Below are positions 12,379-25,238 of a stretch of 64,000 nucleotides of DNA, in pieces. Each line of letters opens with the position of its first letter. Position 1 is the stretch's first letter. A program made the translations under genes and the position numbers. Source of the DNA: Octopus bimaculoides (lineage: Eukaryota); NCBI RefSeq assembly GCF_001194135.2, contig NC_068989.1:81650845-81714844 (forward strand), in the 5' to 3' direction. The notes beneath the pieces were generated by a model. The model was not told the origin of the DNA, did not search any database, and was given only the letters and a program-made list of their open reading frames with translations.

Positions 12379-12418
<40 letters not shown>

Positions 12419-12449
12419 TATACACGCACACATACAAATATATATACAT

Positions 12450-12830
12450 GTTGACTAAAGAGGAATGAAGGTGGTAAACTTCGTTTGATGTGCAACATCA
12501 GTGTGTATGTACAACAAAGTGCAAATGTGTTGAGAGAAAAGTTGGGTATAAGAGGAATCAGATGCAGCATACAAGAGAGAAGACCATGCTGGTTTGGACA
12601 TGTGATGCGTATGAACGAAGACAGCTGTATAAAGAAGGGCAATCGCTGAAAGTGGATGACACCTGTGGAAGAGGGAGACCCAGGAAAATATGGAGTGAAG
12701 TGGTGAGGGCCGATCTCAGGATGCTGGGCTTCATAAAGGAGAGATAGTGGACCGAGATGTCTGGTGATATGAGGTTCTTGAGAAGATCCGACCATTTCAG
12801 CAAAACTGAGTTCTAAAAGCACTGTGTTCC
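12450..12830 (+). mobile_element. RTE-clade LINE ORF C-terminal fragment
   Basis: WFGHVMRMNEDSCIKK / CGRGRPRKIWSEVVRADL. Confidence 0.8.
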
Positions 12831-12952
12831 ACTCACATGTCACAATAGAATTTTTCACACTTCCTACCTTGACAAACCAAACTACATCTCTTTTCTTCTT
12901 CACATTTCCTCATTTTCGTGCTCTATGCTTATGCTTATCTCTTGCTCTCCAA

Positions 12953-13158
12953 TTCTTATTTCTTTATTGCCCACAAGGGGCTAAACATAGAGGGGACAAA
13001 CAACGACAGACAAAGGGATTAAGTCGATTACATCGACCCCAGTGCGTAACTGTTACTTAATTTATCACTCGGCGGAATTTGAACTCAGAACGTAACGGCA
13101 GACGAAATACCATTAAGCATTTCGCCCGGTGTGCTTAACGATTCTGCCAGCTGGCCGT
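12953..13158 (-). mobile_element. SINE family C (GCTGGCAGAA..GTTAGCA head, TTCTGAGTTCAAATT B-box-like motif)
   Basis: Further copies at ~30139-30340(+), 37215-37345(-), 40203-40420(+), 40626-40840(+), 41636-41845(-), 41853-41970(-), 42285-42465(-), 43061-43150(-), 44950-45130(-) and 60383-60614(-). Confidence 0.8.
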
Positions 13159-13974
13159 CTTCAATTCTGTCCTCACTGCCCTGCTCACTGTATCATTGCT
13201 ATCTTGTCGTCTTCCACCTGCTCTATATATCCAGGTTTCATCAGTTATTGAATTCCCCACCCCCACAACCTTTCCATTCATGTAAAATCTCTACTCCCTA
13301 CTCATGCAAATTTAACAATACCCTACCATTTATATTCTGAGAACCCCCCGCCACCGTACCTTGAGGGTACCTGGCACTTCACCACTATCTATCTCTTTCT
13401 TGCTCTAGTCTACCATCCCATTTATATTCTGATCCCTATTCCTTATTAGTATACCTTGACACTTCGCCACTATCTCTCTCTTGCACTCTCTTTCTCTTGC
13501 TCTCTCTTGCACTCTCTTTCTCTTGCTCTCTCTTGCACTTTCTCTTTCTCTCTCTTGCACTTTCTCTTTCTCTTGATCTCTCTTACACTCTCTCTTTCTC
13601 TCTTCCTGTGACTGGTTAACCATGTATCTTCTCTACCACAACACACCTGTTTCTGTCCTCTTTCTTGATCTCTCTCTCTCTCTCTCTCTGATTGGGTAAC
13701 CGTGTATCTCCTCTACAGCAAGACACTTGTTTCTGTCTTTCTGTCACACTCTAACCTTCCATCATCTAGCAGAAGATCACTTCCTGCAATGCCGTCTCCT
13801 CTCAAAGAATCTTTGTCTTGCAAGTTACTTGGTGACCTTATTATCAGTGCTGGTGCTGCAGAAAAAGCACTCAGTCCACTCTGCAGGGTGGTTGGTCTTA
13901 GGAAGGGCATCCAACAATAAAACCCATGCCAAAAACAGCCTCCAGGAGTAGTATCAACAAACATGACACTCTGG

Positions 13975-15700
13975 TAATTTTGGTTGTCATACCATGAGTT
14001 GGCCTAACCTTTCTTGCTCTTAGCACTGTTTATGCTATTTCATGATTTACTCATGTGTAGTGGACAGGCCCTGTTTGCTACCTTTTCCATGATGGTCTTT
14101 TGCTATGGCTCCTTTATACACCCTGATCCTGTCTCTTTGGCTATATCCAGAGAACTGCATGTGGTGGATGAAGAGTGTATATATATCTCTTTAATTCTGT
14201 TGGGTTGCACATGTAGGATACATTTCTCATCACCCTTGGCAATTACTATGTTCTGGTAATTGGAGGCCATAGCTTTGGCATAGTGTGAATGGAAGATTTG
14301 GACCTTGTTATTCCTAGTTTCCAGCCAGAATTCAGTGTTCAACAGTCTGTAGTTGGGGTGCTTATTCAGGTAGTGTACTGTTACCTTAATACTTTAGTAG
14401 ATGCTCTCCATGGTACCAACTTCTAGTTCATAGATATTGTCTTGTGGAGGTGCTTTTGCTGCTATGTTGATATCTTCAACATAGCGCGAATACATGTTTA
14501 GGGCTATGGGGCTTTCTGCTATGTGTTGAGTCTCCTATCCCACCATATCATAAAGAGGTTGGCTACATCTCCAATGATTACTGCCACTGATGGCTGCATC
14601 CTCTTCTTGAGTGTATATTTTGTTATTGAACTTAAACATGTGGCCCTTTAATATAGCTTTGGTACTCGCACCTACTGTATGTGCGACCATTTTTCTCATC
14701 TGATCATGGTTTGGGGGTCTGGATGGCTCTGGTTCACCTGTTCCATCTTTCTTTAGCGGTTTTCTTTGATATTGAGATTATAGTGGGAGCTCTGCCTCTT
14801 ATTGGTCTGCTGAAGCAGAAACATCTATAGTTGTGTTTGTCTAGGTACTCTTTGTCACATGTAAGTCTAAGGAAGAAGCCCAGTTCCTCTACGTCAACAC
14901 CACAAAACTCCACATTACTTTTGCTGATCATCTCCATGCATTTCTCCAGTGCAAAATCAATGTCGATGGATAGGTATAGGGACACCACATCCATACTGCC
15001 TCTTATGCATCCTGTCAGGTCTTAGGTGCAGTTGCTTTCCTTGATTTCTGCTGAGGAGGTCTTCTGTGTTGTCATACACATTTTTGGACATCTTCATGAT
15101 GGGGTGTATGATCGTAGAGAGGAAGTAGGAAACTCTGTAGTTGCTAGCAATGTTAGCTCCACAGACCAGTCTTGATAGTAGTCCTGCTACTGGATCGGTG
15201 TTCATTTTGTGATTGTTGTGGAGTCCATACAGCACTGGGATGTTGTTTTTTGCAGCTTGGAAATTGTTGGCTATGCGTTTCTTTGGTCCCAGGATGTTTG
15301 ATCACATCATCATGTGAGCATAGAGGATCTTTTCTCTCTCCTCATGTGTTTGTAACATTGTTTTTCTCATGTTGCTAATGTGAGGTTACATTGCCCGAAT
15401 GTGATATGGCAGACTGTCTATCAACATTTTGCTGGACTTGTCTGTGGGGAAGCACACAACCTTCTTATTTTTCGTGTTATATGACTCTAAGTAGGACACT
15501 TGTGGCTTTTCCATTGAGTTACTGAGCCTCTTTCCTACTCTCCTACTGTACCATTCTAAAATCTAAGTCCTGTCCTAGCTATGGTGAATTGTGCTTCTGT
15601 TTGGTCATTTGTCTGTTGTGAGATACCTACACTTTTGTTGAAAGGCAGGGTTGTTGGATAAATGTGACTCATCGTTTACACTTCTCTGTATATTTCTGTC
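13975..15700 (-). mobile_element. Penelope-like element, decayed reverse transcriptase ORF
   Basis: Stitched minus frames give VVCFPTDKSSKM, PVLYGLHNNHK, MDVVSLYLSI, FKFNNKIYTQEED, GDVANLFMIWWD and YSRYVEDINI (YVED 14472-14483). These are PLE RT motifs in the correct order, with stops and frameshifts. Confidence 0.8.
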
Positions 15701-15905
15701 TTTGTCCCCTACCACCACTTGAAACCGGCGTTGGTATGTTTACGTTCGCGTAACTTAGCGATTCGGCAAAGGGAACCGATAGAATAATTACCACGCTTAA
15801 AAAAATAAAAGTACTGGGGTAGATTCATCGACTAAAATTCTTCGAGGTGGTGCCCCAGCATGGCCGTAGTCTAATGACTGAGACAAGTGAAAGTTAAAAA
15901 AGGAC

Positions 15906-15939
<34 letters not shown>

Positions 15940-16829
15940 CATGTATGTATATATATTTTGTATTTATATGATATATATATAATATATATGTATATGCATT
16001 GTGTAATATATAATGTATATTAGAGTATATAATTGTGTGTATATCATTACATTCATTCATACATACATATGTATTCTATACATACTATACATATAACTAC
16101 ATTCGTATGTACTCTGCACATTCACATGTATACATGTATGTTTAAACAGTCTTGTCTTCTTATCAAACAAACCCCTATTCTGTCGTATTTCTTTTTTAAT
16201 GTTTTCAACTGTGGTTCTTTTATTTAAAATTGTCAAAGTCTTAGGGAACAGCATATATGCCGCTTACACCGTATTATTTTCCTTCCTTCCAAATATCACC
16301 GATCTTCACGTATATTATAAAGAAATACATTTTGTTGATATCGAGGCAATAATATTTTAGCAAACCGATTTTGTCCATCAGTATTTCGTTTACGGCGTTA
16401 ATATATTTGGAAAATGCATGACCATCTCTTCTTTGTTTTGCCTGTTGCCAAAATTTTAAAATAATAAAAATTCTTCTTTGTATTTATGTCATTACGATTT
16501 ATAAATCTCGTTTTCCCTCCGCTGCATTTGTTTCAGTATTTCCAAATAATTGGTGATATAATGTTACAAAGAAATTAGTGAAAGAAAATATATTCTCCTC
16601 CTCAGTATTAATTAATTAGCCAAACTGTAAACACCTGTCATTTACAGGTATAATTAAGGTCCAGTTGCACTCAATTTTGAGTATTTTGATGTTTAACCGC
16701 GTTACACAAACATCATAACTCGGTTATAATTTCAACATACTCAGTTGTGTTGAGTATATAGCTCGGTTAAATCTCAAACACACCCGCTAATGTGTAATTG
16801 TGTGTTTTCGAGATTTACAGGAAAGATGT

Positions 16830-16914
16830 TTCATTTAAAAAAAACAAAAATTAATTAAAACAAATTACGGCAGTCGCTAAAGAACCTGGTAGCTACGAAG
16901 TTGAATCGGTGAGT
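16830..16914 (+). promoter_or_regulatory. Candidate 5' UTR exon of the RhoGAP gene
   Basis: Unique, relatively CpG-retaining sequence ending in CG|GTGAGT (GT at 16909), 1.2 kb upstream of the 18150 acceptor. That acceptor requires some upstream exon. Start coordinate is arbitrary. Confidence 0.35.
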
Positions 16915-18155
16915 GACACCAACTACAGCAACCTGTTGAAGACAGCAATAATACGAATGAACGAGGAATTAGGCTAATTGTTTAGCTTCTTAATTGGTTC
17001 TAAGTAGAAGGTTTAATAATATTTTGTATCTACTGTTGAATAGATTGTTTTTTTTCTCTCAATGTTTGTCAGCTTGTTAGTTCGATAGCTCGTATCTGTT
17101 AAAATTGTTTGCTACACCAACCCAGATAGGTATACTACCACCCCCATCATCATCATAATTATCACACTAGTGAACTACTACTACTACTACCACTTCTACA
17201 CACATAAATACACACAGTACTCTTCCAATACTATTGACATTACATCTTCAACTCTTGCTGAACGAATATTGATCGATTACTTTAAAAACCCTCACTCGCC
17301 TCCCTCCACCGAACACTTCACCTCACGTGTCTATACACTACAGTTTTCTTTACTGTTCTGATTCTTTTACAATTTCTGAGTGAGAGGAAGGCATGCTTCC
17401 CATCTTTTCCAACAACTGTCAGTTCATTTTTAGTATTGCTTATATATTCATCGATTACAGAATTGCATATACATCCATTTATTCCCCTAGAGTTGTCTGA
17501 AATTTGTCTGTGGTTTGTAATTTGATAATAGAGGCAAAGAAGCACGATATTGTCTATATATATATATACAATATCTTGGATGTTTTAATGGCTGTTGTGA
17601 GTGAAACGACGGGGAATTCCTTGTTTTGTCAGGTCTCTCTTTATTCGGAATTAGGTAGAATAATCAAATAGAACAAAATAAAGAGAGCGTGGTGATAGTG
17701 ACGTGACCTTCCTGCGGTAATATTGGTTACTCTTTCGAACCTACTTTTACTTTCTATTTAACTACTTCCAACATTCTGTCTCTCCACTTTGTCTTTCTCT
17801 ATCACACATACATGTATGTATAATCAACTGATATATCTTAATTTGATTTTTTTAATGTATAATTCACTAGGGTCTGTAATAGTTTGATATCAGTTCAGTT
17901 CATGACAGTACTTGTAAAAGGTCAATCAAATGCAACTAAGCTATTTCATATAAATTATTTTCATATAAATTAGTTGTAATTAATCACAAAATTATGAAAA
18001 TTTATATTTAATTTAGCTACTTAAATCTATAATTATTTAATATTACCATGTAACTATGTCTTTCCTCATGTTCAACATTGCTTTATTATTTCTTGTTTGA
18101 CTGAAGAATTAAGATTTTTTTTTCTCTTTCTTTCTCTTGCAATATGTAGGGCACG

Positions 18156-19346
18156 ATGACTACAAGCAACAACAATAATAATAATAAGACATGTGTGGGT
18201 GAGCCACTGTCTTTACACAACTTGTCTTTAAGCAGCAATGGCAGTGATACATTTGAGGAGAAGGAGCTGTCTCCTGCTGTCATATGTGATGACAGTGGTA
18301 TGCAGTCCCTTGATGAGAGTAGCGACAGCACTAGGGAAAGTGTGTCTGAGAAAACAGAGCAAGATGAGTTGGAAGACGATGTTTTTCTAAAAGCTCTTTA
18401 TAACTATGAATATACTTACGACAATGGAGATAAAGTGACTATGGTTAAAGGGGACATATACCGGCTGATGTCAAATAGTTCTGATGACTGGTGGCAAGTT
18501 GAAAAAACAGATGGAAATGTAATCTATGTTCCTGCTGATTATGTATTTAAATTGGAGGATTATTACCCAGGCAACAACAGACCATTGCCACCAATTATTA
18601 ATAAAGATACATCTGGTGATAGTACCAAACCAGTGGAAACTAAACCACTTGAAACTAAACCAGTTGAAATGAAACCAGTTGAAACTCAACTACTTGAAAC
18701 TAGTCTGTTTGAAACTGAACCAGTTGAAATCAAACCAGTTGAAACTAAACAAAAGCCTCATGCTACTGGTGAGAAAAAGAAGAAATATCCTGCTCCTGTT
18801 GCCACACCCGAGATGGTAGCTGCTGCCAAAGCAAAGACTCAAAACAGACCAAATACAACCGTACTGAACCGAAGTTTTAGTAGTGATAATGCTGGAACAG
18901 TTCCGATGACTACCTCCTCATCTTTTGGGTGGCCCGATTCATCAGAAACCTCTTCTCAAGCCAATTTTTCTATAAACAACAACAACAACAACAACAATAA
19001 TAATAACAATAACTTTGATGCTTGTATCCAGGTTGTGGTTAATTCTGATAATCAGTACCCCCAAGAGATTTTGCGAAGTGGAAATTATAGTACTTTTGGT
19101 AAAGGTTCAATCAATCTAAACAGAACATTGGAAAGACCCAAAAGCTATCACTATGGGGCATCCAGTAGATATCTTGAAAGTTCTGAACATGGGCATGAAA
19201 AAACAATTCAATTAGGGAAGTGTCAAAGTTCTCAATGCAATAGTAGTGATTATAGAAACCTTGATGAACTGGGTCCTATTTTAAAATATCAAAAGGAACC
19301 TGAAAATGGAAGTGTGGAAAGTCTTACCAATCCAAAAGACAGAAAA
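18156..19346 (+). CDS. ARHGAP12: Rho GTPase-activating protein 12/27-like, large SH3-containing coding exon (exon begins 18150)
   Basis: Polypyrimidine tract plus TAG acceptor (18147-18149), ATG at 18156, 397 open codons, AAA|GTAAGT donor at 19347 (phase 0). SH3 at ~18381-18557 (ALYNYEYTY...DDWWQVE...YVPADYV) has the YEY/DDWWQV/YVPAxYV pattern of the ARHGAP9/12/27 SH3. The symbol denotes the family; 12 vs 27 orthology cannot be resolved here. Confidence 0.9.
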
Positions 19347-20834
19347 GTAAGTAGAATAAATATTCTTTTTTGTTTACAAGTTTTCTTCAAAACTTTTTTT
19401 TTCCTTCATATTAAACCAGAACTAACGTCCATTTCTAGCATATTATCTCCCCTAAGAAGATGCTGACTATCAAATATCTGAAACTGTTTCTTTCTGATGG
19501 CTATGTCTTTTTGTTTAAGAAGGAATTTCCATTTCTGTTGTTTGAATTTGCTATGTCAGTTCAAATACTTGTGCAACCCCCAAATGTTTTGAGATTATCT
19601 TGCCCACTATTCTAATTTCTGTAGAATGGCAAATAACATTTCTTGTTTTCTCTGTTGTTTTAATGGCTCTTGGCATTCTGCTGTCTTTATAAGGCTCAAA
19701 CATAACTTGTCATTTTTTTTTGATGGCGTGTGGCCTAGTGGTCAGGCAGTTGCACTCACAATCACTAGATTGTGGGTTTGATTCCCTGATCGGATGGCGT
19801 GATGTGTTCTTGAGCAAAACACTTCATTTCACATTGCTCCAATCCCCCTTTCGATTGGGAGGAATGTTGACTTGCTTGCCTAGCCAGCAAGGGTAGGGGT
19901 GGGAGTATCATTTGAAGGCCAAAACAATGCAAAATGCATTGTGACTTGCGATGTGTAACAACATCTGATAGCCTTATCAGTCATGTGGTCATGTGATGTT
20001 GTTTTTTTTTTTGTGGTGAGATTCTGAATATCTGCCTGATAGGTGCAAGGCCTGAAATTTTGGAAGAAGATGTTAGTTGATTTCATCAACCCTGGTTCTT
20101 GACTAGTACTATTTTATCGACCCTGAAAGGCAAAATCAATCATAGCAGAATATCTGCCTGATAATGCCATTGTATTTGTGTAATTTATACAGTTAGATGT
20201 TGATATATCTCTTATCATGAGATAACTTTGTTTTACTTCACAAATTCTTACCTGAAATCCTGTAAGCCTTTACCCTTTTCATCATGGATCTTATACAGGT
20301 GCATGAGATGTATTTATCTTCATTATTGCTTGTTTCACAAATCACTAGATATCTATCTCTGGCTAAGGTAGCAGATCCATTATAAAAATTCTTTGACCTT
20401 CTGACCATATCTTTGCTTAACATACTTTTTGTTTGCATTCCACAACAAGGAAAGTCTATAACATTTCCCATAAGCTTACAAGTGTGGGTCAGTATTTTGA
20501 CAAGATTGATCATATATAGGTTTTATAGTTATGCAAAGAACAGGGAATAAAAGAAAGTCTTAGCTACTAACAGTTGAAGAAAATGACTTGTCTCATTTAA
20601 TTTCTAATGCCTTAGAAGTATTTATTCTGATAAATATGGATAATAAATACAAAGATAGCTTAGTGATTGTTTAACCATTTTGTAAGTATATTTTTGTTTA
20701 AATACACTGGCTTTGCTTCAATTAATTTTGAAAATAAAATATTTAGTAAAATAATCTTGTCATTATCAAGCTGGTGTTTGGAATCTAAAGTACCATGAAA
20801 TTCTGATGGGAATGGTTAATTTAGATCACTTTAA

Positions 20835-21055
20835 CCCTTTAGCATTTAAAGAGGCTATATCTTGCCTAAATATTCTCCCTATTTTATGTTTAAACTGCCT
20901 AGATCTAGTTTCTCATGCCTACCCTACAATATCCTTCTAAAACAGAAACAGTTACTTCAGTCAAAATCTCAGAACTACCAGATAATGCAAGATTAATTCA
21001 AGACATGTGAAGAAACAAGCTTTACTTTTGACAGAATAATGTGGATGCCAAAGGG
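20835..21055. mobile_element. piggyBac-type MITE, copy 1 (221 bp)
   Basis: TTAA|CCCTTTAGCA...TGCCAAAGGG|TTAA. Confidence 0.8.
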
Positions 21056-21967
21056 TTAAAACAAGAAGTTTGTATCATAGAACCAGAAGTGGTATCAAAA
21101 GTACTAAAGTATCTAGAACCGGACTGGATTTGAGTAGAGAAGAGGTGTAAGTTGACATGTCTCTGTGTGAAGTAGACACTAATATTGGGTTTATAGTTGG
21201 AGTATTCTCCAACTATAAACCTAATTCAAAACATTAATCTCTATGGCATGCCAATAATATAAACCCCTCTTGTTTTATTGTGATATCCAGCATTAGAAAG
21301 AATCAATGGAAAATGAACAAATCCCATGTGAGCTTTTTGATATTCTCCTTAATTTCTTAGCGATATGAAATTAATTTAAACACTGTCTTCTTTTGTTCAT
21401 ATTAGCCTTACTCTGGTTTCAATTTAACTCTGTTCCATTTTGACAGCCACTAAAGAAGTAACTGCACCTCCAGGCATAATTTATAACAGTTTCACTATCA
21501 GTGACCACTGATTTTATTTTTATCTTTATGAATTATATTATCTTTGTTGTTATCATGGATCTTTGTTCGAACTACATATTTAGACTAACTAATGATGTGC
21601 TTAATGGTTTGAGAATAAAGGCTGTAGGTTGTTTATCAACACTGTGTGTATAATTTTCATTGTTTAATCTATGAAACATGTAGAGATGAGAAGTTCTGTT
21701 AATTTCAACGGGATTTTAATCTCAAACTGTAGTGGTCAATTTAAAATTCCCTGTTAAACTATTGTTCAACCTGATATCTTGTTAGGGGCTGTTGGTCAGC
21801 TCTGCTTAAGGATTTGACCCATGGCACAGAGGGAGATAATCAAATGTTTAAATCTATGGCATATGAGTTCCTTAAAGTATTTTGTTGGTATTCATCATGT
21901 AGTACCACTTGATGGTGTGATTATACAGCCTTACATGGCTGGAACCAAGACACTTTATATCATGGAG

Positions 21968-22730
21968 CTGTGTTGTCTAGTTTAATGGGGGTATACTGAC
22001 CAGATTAACGAGGGCATGTTGTCTGGTTTAATGGAGGTATGTTGCCTGGTTTAATGGAAATATGCTATCTAGTTTAATGGGGCTATGTTTGGTTTAATGG
22101 GGGTATGTTGTCTGGTTTAATGGGGGTATGTTGTCTGGTTTAATGGGGGTATGTTGTTTAGTTTAATGGGGGTAGGTTGTCTGGTTTAATGGGATTATTT
22201 TATCTGTTTCAATTGGTGATTTGTTGTCAAGTTTAATGGAGCTGTGGTGTCTGGTTTAATGGAGGTAGATTGCCTGATTTAATGGAGGTATATTACCTAG
22301 ATTAATGGTAGTATACTGTCTGGTTTAGTGGGGTGGGGTATGTTGTCAGCTTAATAGGAGTATGTTGCCTGGTTTAATGGGATGATATTGCCTGGCTTAA
22401 TGGAATTATGTTGCCTGGTTTAATTGGAGTATGTTGCCTGGTTTAATGGGAGTATACTGCCTGGTTTAATGGGGGGATTTTGTTAGATTTAATGAGGATA
22501 TGTTGCCTGATTTAATGGTGATATGTTGTCTGGTTTAATAGTGGAGTATGTCACCTGGTTTAATGGGGGTATACTGTCTGGTTTATTGGGGATATCTTGC
22601 CTGGTTTAATGGGGTATGTTTAATTTAATTGGGGTCTTTTGTCAGGTTTAATGAGAGTATTTCCTTGGTCTAATACCTAGTTTAATGGGAATTATTTTGT
22701 CAGGTTTAATGGGGAGTATGCTGTCAGTTT
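21968..22730. repeat. 23-bp minisatellite, ~30 degenerate copies
   Basis: Unit TCTGGTTTAATGGGGGTATGTTG. Confidence 0.9.
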
Positions 22731-24254
22731 GATTCTTTATCTTAGTGAGAGATATATTGTTGAATAAATTAGATTAACACTTTACCTTTGCAAAGTATTA
22801 TATGTTAATATCTTACCTCAGTTAGGGTACATTGTTAGGTTATTTGATTATGCGATATATTGGTAAGTTGATCCCTCATTCCTAATAAGGTATATCAACA
22901 GGTTAACATGTCACCTTCGTGGCGTATTTTGTCAAGTTAACACTCCACTCTAGAAAAATATGTTGTTACATTGATACATTGCCCTAGTAGACTATGTTGG
23001 CAAGTTACCACAGCATCTCAATGAGTACTTTTGTTGTAGCATCTTTTGTCAGTCGGCTAAATTGTTAGATTTAAACCTCCTCGCCTACATAGGTAAATTA
23101 TGAAAAAGATTTGAAACTGACTTTTAGACTAGTATTAAATACTTGCATGCCAGAATAGTCTGTTATCAAACCTCAAGTTAGGCCTGATTCAATAGACCTA
23201 TAAACAAAGTCAGTTGTGAACATCCCATTTATTTATCTGCAACCACATTATCTAATGTGTCCTTCCTTTTAATACGATAGTGTGAATCGAGGGAGATTTG
23301 GCTTCTATTTCTAGCAGATTGGGCAGCCAGCAAGAAATAGATGTAAGCTTTCTCATTGGCTTGTGTCAAGAAAAGAGTTCAGTAAATTGAGTTTTTGTTG
23401 AGTAGTGAGAAAATCTAATATTTTAAGGAGAGAGAGAGGGGGGGGGGAGAAAGAGAGAAGTGTTGACATTAGGGGATTTAATACAGATGTGTTGAGGTCT
23501 AGTTGATACTTGTGGTTCTAAGTTAAACCTCATTATTGTTGACTCAACATTTTAGGACTTCTGGCTTAACCTAAGGAATGTCAATAACATTGAGTTTGAC
23601 TTTGTATCTCTTGTACATCTCTTACAAAAAAACAAACAAAACAAAAACGAAATGAAAAAAACGAAACCTTGACTTTTAAAAGAAAAATAAAATATTCAAA
23701 TATGATATTACATTAGTTAACATCGAGTATTTACTTTTATCTGTTAGTTCTAACTGGATGGCCATTGGCTCACAAGGAACTCATCCATCCTTCGACGGGT
23801 CTTGTTATTTGTCCTCCTGGGTGTCCAGACATTCAGCAGGACTAAATTAAATATATGGGAATTAGAGGAAAATGAATTGGAAAGATTGACAATTAAATAT
23901 GTATCCTGTGATTCTTTATCAAATGTTTCTGACAGAATCTTTGCGATTCTAACAGTCATTGTATGCATGTGTTTCTTGGAGTTAATTACATTGTAAATCT
24001 GAATAAACTGCAATTTTCCCTAAAACACCATACACTTCTTCTTCTAAGATCGATACAGCTACTACTACTAAAATAAACAACTGCCGTCATTACACCTGAA
24101 TGTGTTGTTAGGTCTGTTAGTTTATGTGAGCAAGCTGGATATTGCAGTTGTAAGAAATGAACTGAATGAAACATACTCAACATGCTGAGATATTACTATG
24201 GTGCTTAGATACTAGTTATATACTGGTGTCATTCTTGTTAACTATGTCTGTAAA

Positions 24255-25203
24255 AATTTGGCTTTGTTCTTACCCAAGATCAATTTATATTTCTGTTTAA
24301 CTCTTTTTATTGACACATTGAAGTTAGCTTTAGTCTCAAGGACAGCCACATAACTATAATTGGAAAGTGAANNNNNNNNNNNNNNNNNNNNNNNNNNNNN
24401 NNNNNNNNNNNNNNNNNNNNNNNNNNNNNNNNNNNNNNNNNNNNNNNNNNNNNNNNNNNNNNNNNNNNNNNNNNNNNNNNNNNNNNNNNNNNNNNNNNNN
24501 NNNNNNNNNNNNNNNNNNNNNNNNNNNNNNNNNNNNNNNNNNNNNNNNNNNNNNNNNNNNNNNNNNNNNNNNNNNNNNNNNNNNNNNNNNNNNNNNNNNN
24601 NNNNNNNNNNNNNNNNNNNNNNNNNNNNNNNNNNNNNNNNNNNNNNATATATTGTATCTTGTGCCTCTCTTGAACCATATACACACAAACACCAGCTTTC
24701 TTTATACACTTTCTTTCACAGTTTGCTGCCTGGCAAAGTGCCATCAAATAGTCAAAATAATCAATACTAAAATAGAGTTGCTTCAGTAAAATTCATTAAA
24801 AAATCATTGGTAAATATTTTGGTATAATATTTGCTAAAGTTAGTAGATGAGGATGTCGAGATTGCTGATGCTACAATAAACTATTTCCTAACCATAACCA
24901 TAACCAAATAAATGTAATAAGCTTGCTATGTGAGTGATATGATAGGGCAAACTTAGTCTTAATTTAGCTATCATTACCATAAGTCTACAGTGTTTTCTTG
25001 TAGCGGTACAATATTAAAAGTTGACACACCTATCACCAGATTCAACAGTATCTAACAATATAAATTAACAAGTTTCCTGACATAAAATATTCACTTTCCA
25101 ATTATAGTTATATGTGGCTGTCCTTGAGACTAAAGCTAACTTCGATATGTCAATAAAAAGAGTTAAACAGAAATATAAATTGATCTTGGGTAAGAACAAA
25201 GCC

Positions 25204-25208
<5 letters not shown>
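24255..25208. repeat. ~117-bp inverted repeat (24255-24371 / 25090-25208) flanking an N gap
   Basis: Near-identical reverse complement with a 2-nt indel and 2 substitutions. Confidence 0.85.

Positions 25209-25238
<30 letters not shown>

Noticed and set aside
19347-19466. Read-through tail of the 436-aa ORF (VSRINILF...)
   Set aside because: It lies beyond a consensus GTAAGT donor and is intronic in composition.
23748-24183. Overlapping short ORFs on both strands, including an FRCNDGSCL LDLa-like snippet
   Set aside because: The snippet is followed by stops, and the + acceptor at 23748 gives an immediate stop in the phase required by the RhoGAP donor. No family was recognised.
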